A stretch of 63,389 bases of DNA, the filler included, from Albugo candida (taxonomy: Eukaryota): NCBI GenBank assembly GCA_040437565.1. It is 27 parts of 27 records of this genome, joined end to end, with 100 filler letters (N's around TTAATTAATTAA, not from the genome) between each part and the next. Parts side by side here need not be neighbours in the genome. Positions count along the whole stretch, not along the records: positions 12,068 to 14,362 come from JBDOQK010000318.1; positions 14,463 to 16,752 come from JBDOQK010000319.1; positions 16,853 to 19,141 come from JBDOQK010000320.1; positions 19,242 to 21,529 come from JBDOQK010000321.1; positions 21,630 to 23,910 come from JBDOQK010000322.1; positions 24,011 to 26,281 come from JBDOQK010000323.1; 21 more parts are not named here. One strand, given 5' to 3'. Each line of letters begins with the position of its first letter. Position 1 is the first letter of the stretch. A model generated the notes under the pieces. That model searched no databases, was not told where the DNA came from, and saw only the letters and a list, made by a program, of their open reading frames with translations. Shown here piece after piece: positions 11,968 through 25,556 of this stretch. Position numbers and translations under genes: made by a program.

Positions 11968-14900
11968 NNNNNNNNNNNNNNNNNNNNNNNNNNNNNNNNN
12001 NNNNNNNNNNNTTAATTAATTAANNNNNNNNNNNNNNNNNNNNNNNNNNNNNNNNNNNNNNNNNNNNCCACATTACAAAAGTTAAAATAGTAATTAAATT
12101 AAATACACCTAATACTGCACTTAAGCCCAATTTTGCACTCAATAACAATACTTAACCAGAAGGCAGTATAAAGTTCGTTTGTATAACTGCTTCGTTTATA
12201 CCGCTGCTTTCACCAAAATAATATTACCAATTTAACAAAATCCTTTATTTCTTTTTGTTCATTTAAATACATGATCTTTTTTGGTAGTTTTGATCGCTAA
12301 ATTTTCCCTCCCTCCTACACGGTAACTTGCTCGAAATGTTAGACAGCCCGTCGACTTGTGCCTTATAAATACATTGTCGCTCTTCACCCGCTTAAAGTTT
12401 CAATAGGTCCAAAATTACTACCGTTTTCATGCAAAATAAAACTACGGAAGCTCAATAATGGATCCAAAGAAGGACTGATCAGAAAACTAATTTAGTTGGA
12501 TGCTACTTTGCGAGGAACAAGAAACACTTATTTAATATTAAATACAAACGCCCAAGTACAGTAGTTATTATAAAAATCGGTTATTTCAAATCAAGTCTTT
12601 ATTTTGTACTGTCTGCCAAACAACAATCAACTAATCTAGTTCTTTTTCGTTGTGGCTTATATGTCAAGTCTTCTACATTAATCTATTTTTATGCCTTGCT
12701 GTATTTGTTTCAAACAAATCCACTTACCGAAAAATATACCCAGAGTTTTATAACCTTGTATTCTGAAAATCTTATTTCACAACTCTCTGCGCTGCTCCTA
12801 ATCTAGGCGAGAATTCATCTAAACACACATTTCGAACAAAACACAAGTCGGACTAGCTTTCTTCATATTACCGTTTAAAACATTTCGTGATATGCATCTA
12901 ACCAAACTTGTGTGCCTGAAATACCTTAGTCCTTAAAATTAACGCGGTCTCTTTTCCCCAGTAGTACGTATTACGCTTGAATAATGTTTTTAATAATGGT
13001 AACAGTTTGTACTAACTATTTTTCGCTTTGAATCTTGTAAAACAAATGAATCATTGAAAAAATTTACAAAAAGTACTCACATTCTTCTGTTCTTGACTTC
13101 AATGAGGCATCTAAAACTAGTACTTCTCTATCATCATTGGATCAAGCTCCATCAATTACAAAAGTATTAACGTTCTAATATACAAAACGGTGTGTCATTG
13201 AAAAGGACCCTCTATCATGTTTTTTATATCATCGTTTTTTTGGTGTTTTCCATCTATAACAAAGTCTTGCACTTAAGTAACAAAGCTAGTTTTTCTAAAT
13301 TCCCGGTGCAAGAGTTAGGCAGGTCTAATATACAAATAGTATCGATGTGCTTGGGCTTTATTTTTTTATTGTTGTACCAGTGTCATTGAATCCTTGATTT
13401 GGTCCAACCTACGCATTCATCACTATAATATTCGCTTTCATAACGGTTGTCCTATTCTCTGCCAATGGCCATTTCGTTTTTCCAAGCATTTGTTTGATGA
13501 CGCTCACAGTTTTATACGTCCCATTCCCAGTTATTAATATTGCGGCGCAATACATACAATTAATAGTGAATAAAAAAAAGAGGTTCTATTTATCTTAGAT
13601 AACAGCTTCGTTTTAAAAATTGTGGCGCTTCTTGCTGGGTATATGCCATTATCTCATTTTTTGTAACTGTGTAACCTCCAAATTTTTATTCCCCCCAGCT
13701 TTACAGAACTTGTTGGTAACAAAATTAGAAATGCAAGAATAAACAGAATCGCTACACCCTGAGTAATTTTCTTTAATGACTTATTATATTACGATATATT
13801 TACGCTTCAAGTTACTCTCACTCTTATTTTTCATTTTGTTTGTGGGCTTTACGACTACCAAGTAACTGGTTTGAGCATGACAAACGGGTAAGTAACACAC
13901 AAAAATGTTGAAAAATAGAAACACATGCATGTACATACTCAACTTGTCAAAATACAACTTGAATTGAATATCTTTTTTCATAACTTTTCACTTCTTATTT
14001 TCAACGACTACGCAATTTTTTGTTTACTTTTTCTCTTACCGTACTTTAAAAAGTTGTTTATTTAATCTATTAGTGTGCTGCCTGTATTGTGGATTGTAAA
14101 ACCGGCAAAAATCAAAAAAGGAAAATTTTCTTATTATGTAAAAAAAAATGCCCTTCTTCATATAAACAATAACAGATTTTTTATGCCAAAAGATATTCTG
14201 CTATAATGACAAATGGATTGTTCACATTGTAAATGAAAAAAATAGCTTTTTATATAATAAATTTTACCTTTTTACATCGATTAAAATAATCCAAGGTTTC
14301 TACTTCAAACAAAACTAAGATCGTCCAAATCAAACGTCTGTACGTTGATTTAGTGTTACTGCNNNNNNNNNNNNNNNNNNNNNNNNNNNNNNNNNNNNNN
14401 NNNNNNTTAATTAATTAANNNNNNNNNNNNNNNNNNNNNNNNNNNNNNNNNNNNNNNNNNNNATATAAACGTTATAGAAACTACGATACTTACAGTGCTT
14501 CTATCTAATATCTATATTGTTTTTCCTGAGGTATAAAACCTAATGCCCTGATGAACGTGAATCTAAAAGAATCAAGGCTCAAACCAAGAGTAATTATAAA
14601 AAAGTAATGCTTTGCTATGAACAAGTGAATCTAGACGAGCCAAAGCCTAAACCAAGAGTGATCACAACATTGAAGAGAAGATCAAAACCACCAATTACCA
14701 GAAATAACTTGAAGAATTAGCAAAAAGTAGAAAAAGGCGAAAAATACACCACTGCTGCTTGACTGCAAAGTCTAGACGCGAAATAAATTTGTGTGACGCA
14801 AACAAATAATCCCAATAAATTTGAAGTATACCAGTCTAATATTTTTTCTTTTTTAACAAAATACTATTCAATAAGTGATTTCTTTGAATCCAATGAAACT

Positions 14901-17743
14901 TTATCAGTAAAACGTTTTATAGAAACCGCCTCTAAACCTTGAATGAAAGTTTCATGCCAAGATGTAAACTGATTTAACACAAGAAAGTATTAAAAAGATG
15001 CGTAACTTTTAGTTTGACCACTTACTCAAATAATAATAATAAAGAGGTAAAATATAGATTTAGGAAAATAACACAAATATTAACGAGCTTATTTTTTTTG
15101 CGTGTGTAGCTTACAAACGATGCAAGAGAAGTAAACTGGAATGTTGTATTGCATGTCGTCAAAGATGTTGTTGCAATAGATAGAAACAAGCGAATGGCAA
15201 GAGGAACGCAAATCGTAGCCAACAACAGTTTTATAAATATCACAAGAGAGGCCAAAGAAACATACTGCAATGAAAGCGTAAATAGTAGTGATGTAGAAGA
15301 AATGAATACAAGCAGTGAATCATATTGTCCTGAAGAAAGCAAGCAGCACTAATGACCTAGATTCAAGCAGAAGGCAAACAACAACAACAACAAAAAGATA
15401 GATTTCTTAGTATCAGGTAATAGCGACGATAAAATAATGATTGATAATTGGGAGACTACTTGGGTGTTGAAGTCAGTTTTTGGTTTTATTACAGTTTTTA
15501 CTTCCAAAAGAAACGTAATCATTGAGGAATGTGAAAATAATAAAAGGAAACTCAACATTGATGAAGATCTACCGTTAAATGGTATTGTTTTAACTTGATA
15601 AGAAGACGACTGTAATACTGAAGCAAGGTGAAAATGAAAGTTTATTACAAAACTTGCTGCCATTTGCCAAGGGCAAGAATAGTTATTGAACGTTTTTCGA
15701 CGAAAATGTATTGACTGAACAAGAATAGTATTTATCTGAAGGTAGTTTTACTAAAGCTGGAAATCATGTCAATTCGAAGCAAGATTCAGCTAAAGATGTA
15801 AAATAAGTATTATATTCAATGTAAGTATAAATATTCCTCCATAATTTGAACTATAACTAAACTGTGAAATAGCTGTAGAATGTATTATGCTGACAACTTT
15901 GTTGATGATTTAAATGAGAGTGCACTTGTAAAAGACAACAAAAAAATACGCGACAGTGGTTTTGATTGGAAAATTGAAGCTTATTAGAAAAATATAAAAG
16001 ATATTCTATACACAAGCTATAGAACAAGGACATTTTAAAAAGTACATTGATTATTGGTGTAATTGTTAGTGGTATGATTTGAATTATCTGTTTAATTTCT
16101 ACAAGCTTGCTATATTTTCCGTATTCCTGTTGACAATGATGATAAATATATCTTGAATGGTTAATATCGTACCAGCCATTATTATGCATCAAGAATATTG
16201 TTACACAAACATCATAATAGAGAAATTAGAGCCCTTATTTTTTAAAAAATAAAATAAAAACCCTTTCAATAGTAGTACGTGATACTTTTATAATAATAAT
16301 CAAATCGACTTGAACGGTTAAAAAAAGAAAAGGGAGCGTCTTTATTTATTATATAGTGTAGAATCTTTTAATAAGAATAAAAAAAAAAAGTGACGTTGTT
16401 CGTGTACAGTCTTTATATTATTATATACTTACGGTAACTTGTCTTGTTGATGTTGTTGAAATTTGAGTTGAACACCCATGAGGTACACAGAATAGAGGAA
16501 CATTGTCGTAATTTTTAACATTAACAAAGCAAACCAAACGAGAACAATAATATTCAACAACTCTTTACCAATATCGCTCTTTTCCCTATGTCATTTCTTT
16601 TTCCTCTACAGTGAATCTTTCTACATAATTCATGAAGCTATTGTAGTTTTCACTAGAGTTACTTGTATTTTCTTTAAACCCTATAGTTTTTATGTGTAAA
16701 TAAAGGTAATATCGCTACATACTTTATTTACGTACCTGCATCACGCATTAAANNNNNNNNNNNNNNNNNNNNNNNNNNNNNNNNNNNNNNNNNNNNTTAA
16801 TTAATTAANNNNNNNNNNNNNNNNNNNNNNNNNNNNNNNNNNNNNNNNNNNNCTGGAGACTCTCAATTTTGCATTTCATACTTTTCAAATTCCCGATTGG
16901 CTTTCGTTCTCTATTTTCTACCTATTGGTACTATTCAAATATTTCCCCATTTTGTTACACTTCTGCTTTTAACAAAATCCTATTCACTTCAACTTCAACT
17001 ACATCTTTTCTTGCCACCAAATTTCTTTAAGTGTTTCAAAATTCTTTCGTCGGCCTAAAGATATTTTGCGCATGTAATAGACTAATGCTCTCTATTTTTA
17101 CTTTCTGTTGTTCCCATTGACAACTTAACATCTCTAAAAAATTAAAGCAGGATACTAAACTAGAAAAAAACATAGAAAGCTGTTGTACTATGTGGTTATT
17201 TATTATTAAAATAAAAGCATCCCTAATTTGGCTTGAGATTATTTACATTTTGAGATTGCTGATCTACAAATTAGCTTTTTCTTTTCTTTGCAATGACCCT
17301 ATCGATTCTTAAATGCAAAATGAATAAAAAGCATGGGTGGCGCTTTTTATTAAACAGTACAATTTAAACGCTTTTTCTTTACTGATGTGACCGTTTTTTC
17401 TTGGTATAATTTTTTTTCTCTAATGTATACCTTATTTTCCCTTTATTGTAGTTTAGATTGTCAACATGTTGCAAGCTTTTTTCCTTTGTTTTTGGCTAAA
17501 CTGTATATTACTTTATATTAGACCTCATTATTTCTCTGTTTTCTATGTCATTCTTTTAAGATGTAAAAGTAAGTAAATCACACTTTTTGGTAAGACATGC
17601 GTACGAGATTACTAAAAATAATTTATAGCCAGTACTCCTAAAAGAGTTATTGTCGAGCCTGGATATTCTTTTTTTAATTGAGAGCTCCAATTAAGAGAGT
17701 CAAAAAAAAAGGTCGCTGCTCTTTCATAGATTGTTTCTGAAAA

Positions 17744-18340
17744 ATGAAGATGTGTAAAATAATTGCTGATGCTGCATTTTGGACCGTTGATAACAATGTT
17801 TTCAATTCTCATAGAAATATTGTAATTAGTAAAGGCAACAATAATAAGTATTACTTTTGTGCTACTTGTAAAGGCTCATTAAAAAGTAAAAAGCTTCCTG
17901 CAATTGCATTAATGAAAGGATTAAACTTTTCATCAAAAGTTGATTAAAAGAAAGATTGGTAGCACCTAGACATGTCTTCTAAGGTATCTGCACTCATAAA
18001 GGTAAAACAGGGTAAAGGTGAAATTGTGAATGTACTTGTTGCTATTGATACTACTGTTCATAGTCTTCCAAGAAATCTTAATGAAAGTAATACTATTCAT
18101 GTTAGTTTAGTTAGAAAACTTAGCTTTAAAACTGGTTACATGAAAGGTATTATTGATATTTATTTGGTTTGGGAAGCAGCAAGATATTTGAAAGATAGAC
18201 CTTTATTTGTTAAATATGATGCCACTTTTACTGATAATGAACTATGGAAGGAAAATAATGGATACAATGATGATGGAAATTTTGATGATTCTGAAAATAG
18301 TTCTTCTATATACGAATCTATTGATATGAATTCCTTGTGA
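17744..18340 (+). pseudogene. Degenerate DUF6570-like region of a Helitron/Helentron Rep-helicase
   Basis: FCATCKGSLKSKKLPAIALMKGL followed by KGEIVNV...VHSLPR...IHVSLVRKLSFK..Y....I....VWEAARYL; interrupted by a stop and frameshift. Confidence 0.65.
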
Positions 18341-18927
18341 TTGATTTATTAAATTTTATATGTATATTACTTTGCTACTGAATTAAATTAAAATAAAAAT
18401 TGTTCGTTTTTAATTTATTGCATATCCAAAGAATTAAATTAAAAAAGATTTGCATAAATGGAAAAAATACAGGAATAGCTTATACTGGAGCATAGTATCC
18501 TTAACGATTTTTATAATTAAAAACGTCTTCATTTTTTTTTATTATGAAGTTCAAATTCTATATAAAAAGGTGGTAGACAATCTTTTCCTTTTTTTTCAAT
18601 TAAAAAAATAAATACTTTTATATTTTAACTTTCTACAAAATGAGCTCGAATCCTGTTATCCAAAAGCTTTTCGACAAACAAGACCAAATTTGTCAAGAAC
18701 TTACTAGCCTCAAGGTATCTGTTGATACTCTTATCAAAATTCTCGGTCCTTTGTTCCCAAGAGACAGTGTCAATACCTCAGGCAATGAAAAAATTGTCAT
18801 GTCAAGTAATCAAGATATGTATATATGCATTCAATTTTTGATTGAACTTTTTAATAACATATAACTTTTAAATAGCTCGTTTACATGGCGTTGCAACTGT
18901 AAACAATCCTAATTTACATGGTACAAG

Positions 18928-19076
18928 TAGAACTGTTCACGGTTTTGGAGTTGCGGTTAGCGATTACAAAAAATGGTTACGGTTTTAAATATTTTAGATA
19001 TTTAAGCAGTAAAAACCTTAAAGTTACGGTTTACGATTACATAAAATTGGCTACGGTTTGATCGTGAACAGCTCTA
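18928..19076. mobile_element. Small hAT-like MITE with 14-bp TIRs
   Basis: TAGAACTGTTCACG (18928-18941) and CGTGAACAGCTCTA (19063-19076) are 13/14 complementary, with internal repeated (T)ACGGTT motifs. No clear TSD. Confidence 0.55.
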
Positions 19077-19241
19077 ACCTTGACCAACTTTAACCTGTCA
19101 TTTTATGCTGACCTGTGTTTGTTTCTGGAAGGCAGTAAAATNNNNNNNNNNNNNNNNNNNNNNNNNNNNNNNNNNNNNNNNNNNNTTAATTAATTAANNN
19201 NNNNNNNNNNNNNNNNNNNNNNNNNNNNNNNNNNNNNNNNN

Positions 19242-21529
19242 ACAAGGAGGATGAAATCTCGAATTGCCTACGGCCAAATACCGCGTCATCATTAGAAGGT
19301 TGGGCGATGTGTAATGTAGGATTAAATGCACAGCTAGGAATAATAGGACGTGAAATCTTTTCAACTTCGACAGTACAATTAATCTTACCACCACCGTGCA
19401 ATGCACTCCAATCAGGATACAACCTCTTCAGAACGTTAGCTTTGACCATATTTACACAAGTATTTTGAGAATTCATGCCAGCATTAGTTCTACTTTTACT
19501 TAAATTTTTGGCCACTTGGATTTGACGCTATCGTATATATAGAAATTAATAAACATACTTTTTCTTTAAAAAATACCGATTATACATACTTCCAGACATC
19601 TAGCACTGATAATCCTAAGAGGGCCGCAAGCACGGACAACTTGCTTGACATGAAGACAGTAATGGTTTGTAAGAGTCATAACGTTAGGATCCAAAGAATC
19701 ATGCTGAACACATTCATTGATGAATTTGATATAGTAATTGAATGATCTAAAAAATAAAGTTTTTTCAGTGAACCTAATTGTTGTGATATTATGCGAAAAA
19801 ATAACTTACTTGTCCATGGCTGACAATTGATCTTCAGTGATATACCATTGCAATGCAACTGAACAAGCGTGAATGAGAGCATTAAGGGCCAGCCTTGCTT
19901 CCGGACAAACCATTAAAGGAATGACCGTAGCTGGAATGACTCTCAAGAGCACGTCTTCCCAGTCACATGCTCTGGTACCTTGACCTATTTTTTCATAATT
20001 GCCAGCCATATATGGGGGTATAAGATGTCTTGATGCAGTGATTTCGTCATTTATGTAGTCTTTGATGTTATTGTTTTTGAGAGGGATGGTTAATGTGAAT
20101 GGATAATGTACATAATGCAGTTTTACTCCACCGGGGAGGCTACTTTGAGCGTTGGGTATTGTTGTTGGTTGTTGTTGGTATCTGTTGTGGTATTTTGTCG
20201 TTGTAAATAAATCATAAATGAGAATTCCAATGCCACGGTTCTATAAATTAAACAAAGATGGATTAGTGTTAAAAGCACAAGGAGTTGAGATATCATAATT
20301 CACTTACGACAAAATGCAAGTCGTCGAGACCACTCTGGTACATCGACTTAAATGTATTAAAGTCGGCAAAAGGGAACCTGCCCTTGACACCATATGCCTA
20401 TAGTTACAGGTATATTTAGTATAAAATTAGTAGTAATTTTACATATAATATGATTTACCTTGTCAGCAAGATGGCCTTTACCAGTGTCAGCTTTTTTTAT
20501 TTTTTGGTTGTTATTTACATAGAATTTTTCTGATTTTGTACAAAGAGAGTAGCTTCTTTCAGCAGCTGGCTTACTATGTAATAAATACATACCACCGTCT
20601 TTGGTAGCGGGGCTGGGAATGTCAACAGTAGGAGCAGCAGAGACAATATTTACAGGAGGAGTAGTGATGACAGAATCGCTAATAATAAACCAGGTATTTT
20701 TAGTAATGAAGTACACATAATAAAGATTAAACCTATCAAGAAATTTACCCAGCAATTCGTCGTTTTTTATTTGGTGAGGATGATGAAGATGCAGAAGATG
20801 ATAATAATGCGTGTGATGAAGATGATGATGGATATGATGATGGTGGTATATTTGATGATGGTGATGGTGGTATATTTGATGATGATGGTGGTAATGTTGA
20901 TGAAGGTAATGAAGATGATGATGATGCAGGTATTAATGAAGATGATGATGATGATAATGGCGGTATGTTGGATGATGATGCTGGTATATTTATGTTATTA
21001 TTTACACTAAAAAAATTAAAACTTATATTAATACACAATCAAACGCTTAAATTTTATGACAAACTTACAATGTACGTTGGCGATATCTATTTACATTATG
21101 AAATAAATTGAAGTTAGAAAAGCAAAATAATACTAAATTGTGGGTAATCTACTTACGCTTCTGGAGACATATGTACCGCCTTTCTTGTACCCAGGGCCAA
21201 AAAAAAGCGACAAGGGAAATACGAAGCAGAACCTTTCATATTGTACGCTTCCGCGACCGCTGGGGAGTCTCCAGTACAAATCACCAATCGTACATAGACC
21301 TTATACATGGTTCCTCCTACGTTAACACTGAACCCGTCATAAAGTTCTTTCAGCTCTTCAACAATCGGTGCCATGTACGAAGCCATGTTAGGCTTGCCAG
21401 GCCCGGGAGCAATAAGTACCTGGAATTTGGAAAAGTCTTTGTACCTTTAATAAAAAAAAAAAGTTAGAAATATTGTTCATTTTTAATTATAATACAACAT
21501 AACAAATAGTTACCTAAGTACAGGTGACA
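19242..21529 (-). mobile_element. CACTA/EnSpm-like (Transposase_21-type) transposase, multi-exon fragment, probably degenerate
   Basis: LLPGPGKP.MASYMAPIVEELKEL, TGDSPAVAEAYNMKG..SYFPCRF, RACDWEDVLL, HYCLH...CGPLRIISARCLE. Same motif order as the copy at 58939-61026. Confidence 0.75.
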
Positions 21530-21748
21530 NNNNNNNNNNNNNNNNNNNNNNNNNNNNNNNNNNNNNNNNNNNNTTAATTAATTAANNNNNNNNNNNNNNN
21601 NNNNNNNNNNNNNNNNNNNNNNNNNNNNNCTAAAAAACAGTCCCATTTTCCTATTTTGGAAGTTAGTTTTTTAAATTTAGGGATGATGTTTTTTTTGAAA
21701 AAGTGGCACAGTTATTTTTTCTACTTTTAATTTTTTTACTATCGAACA

Positions 21749-23910
21749 ATGTCCTCAGATCGAGTTTTTACTTTTATCAACGACAACAGTGATGGAAGAA
21801 GAGTAAGAAGAAGAACAACTGTCAACGATGAGGAAATTACGAATATGCCCGAGATTCCTAATCCTGTAAATGAATCCAACGAAAACAGATCTTCAGAAAC
21901 TGTTAATGTCTGTGTTTCATGTCAACAACCGGGACACTTGAGAAGTAGTAGTAGACACTGTCTTAATTATCGAGGTGCTTCTACTGATACCGTTAGTAAT
22001 GTTGAGAAAAAGAGAATAAAAATAAGTGAGGCTAATAAGAGTTTTTGTGTTTTTTATTTTTAATTTAATAAAGAGTCTTCCTATTGGAGTAAACACTTTT
22101 TTTAATGTAGCTAGAATTATTGAAGGTAGAACTTTAGCTGTAAGACATGATTCGGGACGAATGAGCAGTATCTGTACCCATTGTAATGCTTTGATGTGGT
22201 TGGATGAAAAAACAAACGCTTCAGTTACTCGCCCTGAATTTCAATTGTGCTGTGGTAAAGGGCAATATGTTATTCAATCTTTTCCAGCCACTCCACCTTT
22301 GATTTCTAACATGCTTAAAAGAAATGATGATGTGTCAAAGGAATTTCAGTTAAACATAAGAGCATACAATTCTTCTTTGTCTTTTACTTCTCTTGGTGTC
22401 AATTTAGATAGAAGTGTACAAAACAGAGTAGGAGGAGCATATACATTTCGTATTCATGGAAGTATGTACCACCGTATTGGTATGTCATTAGAGCCAAGAG
22501 AAGGTCAGTCTCCAAATTTTGCACAAATATACGTTTATGATGCTGCAAACGAATTGCAAAATAGACATGCTGTTGCTCAACATGTTGATATTAACACTCT
22601 TGCAAGTCTTCAAACCATGATGCATCGAGTTAATCCTTATGCAAGAGATTTTAAAACGATGGCGCAAATTGATAGAGAAACACCAGGAGGTATGGCTGAT
22701 ATGAGTATGGTATTTCGATCAGAAAATACACCTGATCCTAGACGGTACAATGCACCTACCACTGCAACAGAAATTGGTGTTTTAATTGTTGGAGCTGATG
22801 GTGGAAGGGACCCTTCACAATCTACCTACAGAGATATAATAATCAGATTCAACAACAGTAATAATAATCAACAGTCTACTCAATTTCAGACTATAAATGA
22901 AATTAATCAACATTATGATCCTATGCAATATGTTTTGATGTTTCCTTCAGGCCATCCAGGTTGGAACATTGAATCTAAAACAATTGACAGATCCACTAAA
23001 GTTACCATTTTGCAATTCTACCGTTTTCATTTGATGTATCGTCCTTCTCCTTCTTCTGATATAGGTATTTGCGATCTTCATTTATTCGGTGCTTTATTTC
23101 ACCAGTATGTAGTAGATATGTATGCCAAGATGGAACAGGAACGATTAAATTTTATTCGCCGTAATCAGAATACTTTGCGTTGTGAGTTGTACAATAATCT
23201 TCAAGATGCTGTTCATGCCGATGATTTTGATGCTTCTGTAACTGGTAAAAAATGGATCCTTCCTTCTTCCTTTATCGGTGGTCCACGTCATATGGCTCAG
23301 CTTTATCAAGACGCAATGTCTATTGTTCGTAGATATGGTAAACCAGATCTATTTATAACATTTACCTGTAATCCCAGCTGGCCTGAAATACAGCGTGAAT
23401 TGTTATTTGGTCAAACTTCAGGTGATCGTCCTGATCTTTGTAGTAGGATGTTTCATCTTAAACTGAAGGCTCTTTTAAATGATATCAGAAAAAAACAAAT
23501 TTTCGGTAAAGTCGTTGCAGATGTCCATTCCATTGAATTTCAAAAACGAGGATTACCGCATGCTCATATCCTTTTGATATTGGATTCTGATTCTAAAATT
23601 CGCGATACTGATATTGATTTACTTATATCTGCTGAAATCCCTAATCCACTTCCTTTGGGTAACCCTCTATACGAAACTGTTACCAAAAACATGATGCATG
23701 GTCCTTGCGGTCCTAGCTTTCCTAATTCTTCTTGCATGAAAAACGGTAACACGTGTTCTAAGGAATTTCCTAAAAGGATTAATCCTATTACTACTGTACC
23801 TCAGGAGTCTTCCGGTGGTGGTTATCCCAACTACATGCGTCGTCAAAATGAAAGAGTAGTGCATAGAAATGGTGTTCCATTAGACAACAAATGGGTGGTC
23901 CCCTACAATC
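21749..23910 (+). mobile_element. Helitron Rep/helicase, N-terminal Rep (HUH) part, 3' truncated
   Basis: Zn knuckle CVSCQQPGH and CTHCNALMW...CCGKG; FRIHG, YDPMQYVLMFP, LPSSFIGGPR; Rep motifs PDLFITFTCNPSW, EFQKRGLPHAHILL and YPNYMRR. Confidence 0.95.
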
Positions 23911-24248
23911 NNNNNNNNNNNNNNNNNNNNNNNNNNNNNNNNNNNNNNNNNNNNTTAATTAATTAANNNNNNNNNNNNNNNNNNNNNNNNNNNNNNNNNN
24001 NNNNNNNNNNTGCTGAATAACGATTCCCTGTATTTATTATTATGTTGAACAGAATCTTTTTGTCAGGCATTGCTTTGAGATGCGTCGTGTGGTCAGATGC
24101 ATGTTTTTAGAAGCAAAGAAAACAATAAATCGGGAGGTTCCATTTCTGATAAGCTGGTATGTGCTAATTAGAAGCGAATTATACGATATCAGCGTATTTT
24201 TTGAGTTTACGTTCGCCTCATTGACACCATTCATTTCTAAATTTCCAC

Positions 24249-25556
24249 ATGGAATCGGCGAACTGGTTCCTTCGACTTTATGGCACGCTTCTGTATGTTT
24301 TGCTCCTAGCAAGCATCAATGGGGCTTCCCCACTCGTAGGAAAAGTGGACAACGAATTGGTGGATGCGATCCGCCAAGTGAGGAACTATAAAGAGAAAGA
24401 TAAGTGTATGGCCCTATTCGACTTTAGTGGTTCTTTGGCGTATGGCTCGCTTGACAGCGCAATTTTATACTATCAGATTGACCAAATGAAATTCGGTTTT
24501 ACGCCGACGGAGTTTCGTGAAGCATTTTACTTCTCGCCCGAGCATACAAAGATGTGCATTTCAACGAATCATTTTGCTTTTGATCAGAACGGTGTTGCAA
24601 TCCCAACGAAGAATCTCTTTCGCGCGCTGCAAATGGATTATGCCTTTTTGTATGAGCAGATGTACGGTGATAAGAAAAAATCGTTAAGAGAGGTGAAAAA
24701 TGATGCCAAGTACGAACGATTCAAGCTCTTGATGTTGTATTACCATCAGCAATTCGGTAGAAAGGTACAAAATGAAAAAGCATGCGCATCGCTAAAAAAA
24801 TACCAAACAAGCAGATGGTGGATGCATTTGAGTATGCATTCTGTCAAAGAGATTCTATTCAAAGTGGCTAGATATGAAGCTGGTGAAATCAAACAAGTGG
24901 TTGGTACGGTCACCATTCAAGGTCAATCTGCACGAGTTCACTATACGTTTGATTTCAAAATAAACACAGAAGCGCTCGATCTGATCAAAGTTCTCAATGC
25001 AGAAAACATTCATACAGTCATTATGACCGAAGCTGAGAAGACTATGATGTCATATTACAATGATCAGGTCATCCATGCCAAATCTGTGTATGGCACGCAA
25101 TACACGGAGTATGACCCTCGATTCCCTTCCCAAACATCGTCAATTCCAAGTGCAGCGTATCACTTGACATCATCGCAAACAGTGACGCCTGAAATGAGTT
25201 CACCTACTTTCTTAGGATATGTCAAACCGGGCACTATAAATCCAGTAGCATACGGAAAAGATGAGATAATCAAGCAGATCATGGAGATGCGTGGATCCGA
25301 ACCATGCATTGTCTTCGCTGACTCAGCATCAGATTATAGCTTGGTCCGTTATATGACGAGAGGCGTCATTGTTGTTCAAACCTCTCGAAACTCGGGAAAT
25401 GGGGAGCTGTATGAGCAAGTCATGAGTGATCATACTGAAGTGAAAGATCACCATGTTAGGGTTTTCAAGCAGCTTGTCGATGGTAGCAGGAATTGGGTTA
25501 GTAGCGCGATTCATGCTTATGAAGCTAGGGGCAGTACTTCTTTGGACTGGCAATAG
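24249..25556 (+). CDS. Putative secreted HAD-like hydrolase (bacterial phosphoserine-phosphatase-like family) with degenerate motifs
   Basis: Hydrophobic N-terminal signal-like segment. ALFDFSGS..G....ILYYQID..KF.FTP.EF is motif I-like; GK...I and FADSASD are motif III/IV-like. Intron-less and higher GC. Confidence 0.65.
   Translation: MESANWFLRLYGTLLYVLLLASINGASPLVGKVDNELVDAIRQVRNYKEKDKCMALFDFSGSLAYGSLDSAILYYQIDQMKFGFTPTEFREAFYFSPEHTKMCISTNHFAFDQNGVAIPTKNLFRALQMDYAFLYEQMYGDKKKSLREVKNDAKYERFKLLMLYYHQQFGRKVQNEKACASLKKYQTSRWWMHLSMHSVKEILFKVARYEAGEIKQVVGTVTIQGQSARVHYTFDFKINTEALDLIKVLNAENIHTVIMTEAEKTMMSYYNDQVIHAKSVYGTQYTEYDPRFPSQTSSIPSAAYHLTSSQTVTPEMSSPTFLGYVKPGTINPVAYGKDEIIKQIMEMRGSEPCIVFADSASDYSLVRYMTRGVIVVQTSRNSGNGELYEQVMSDHTEVKDHHVRVFKQLVDGSRNWVSSAIHAYEARGSTSLDWQ

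Noticed and set aside
12068-16752. Two AT-rich contigs with short ORFs
   Set aside because: No recognisable motif or sustained frame; probably decayed repeats or intergenic DNA.
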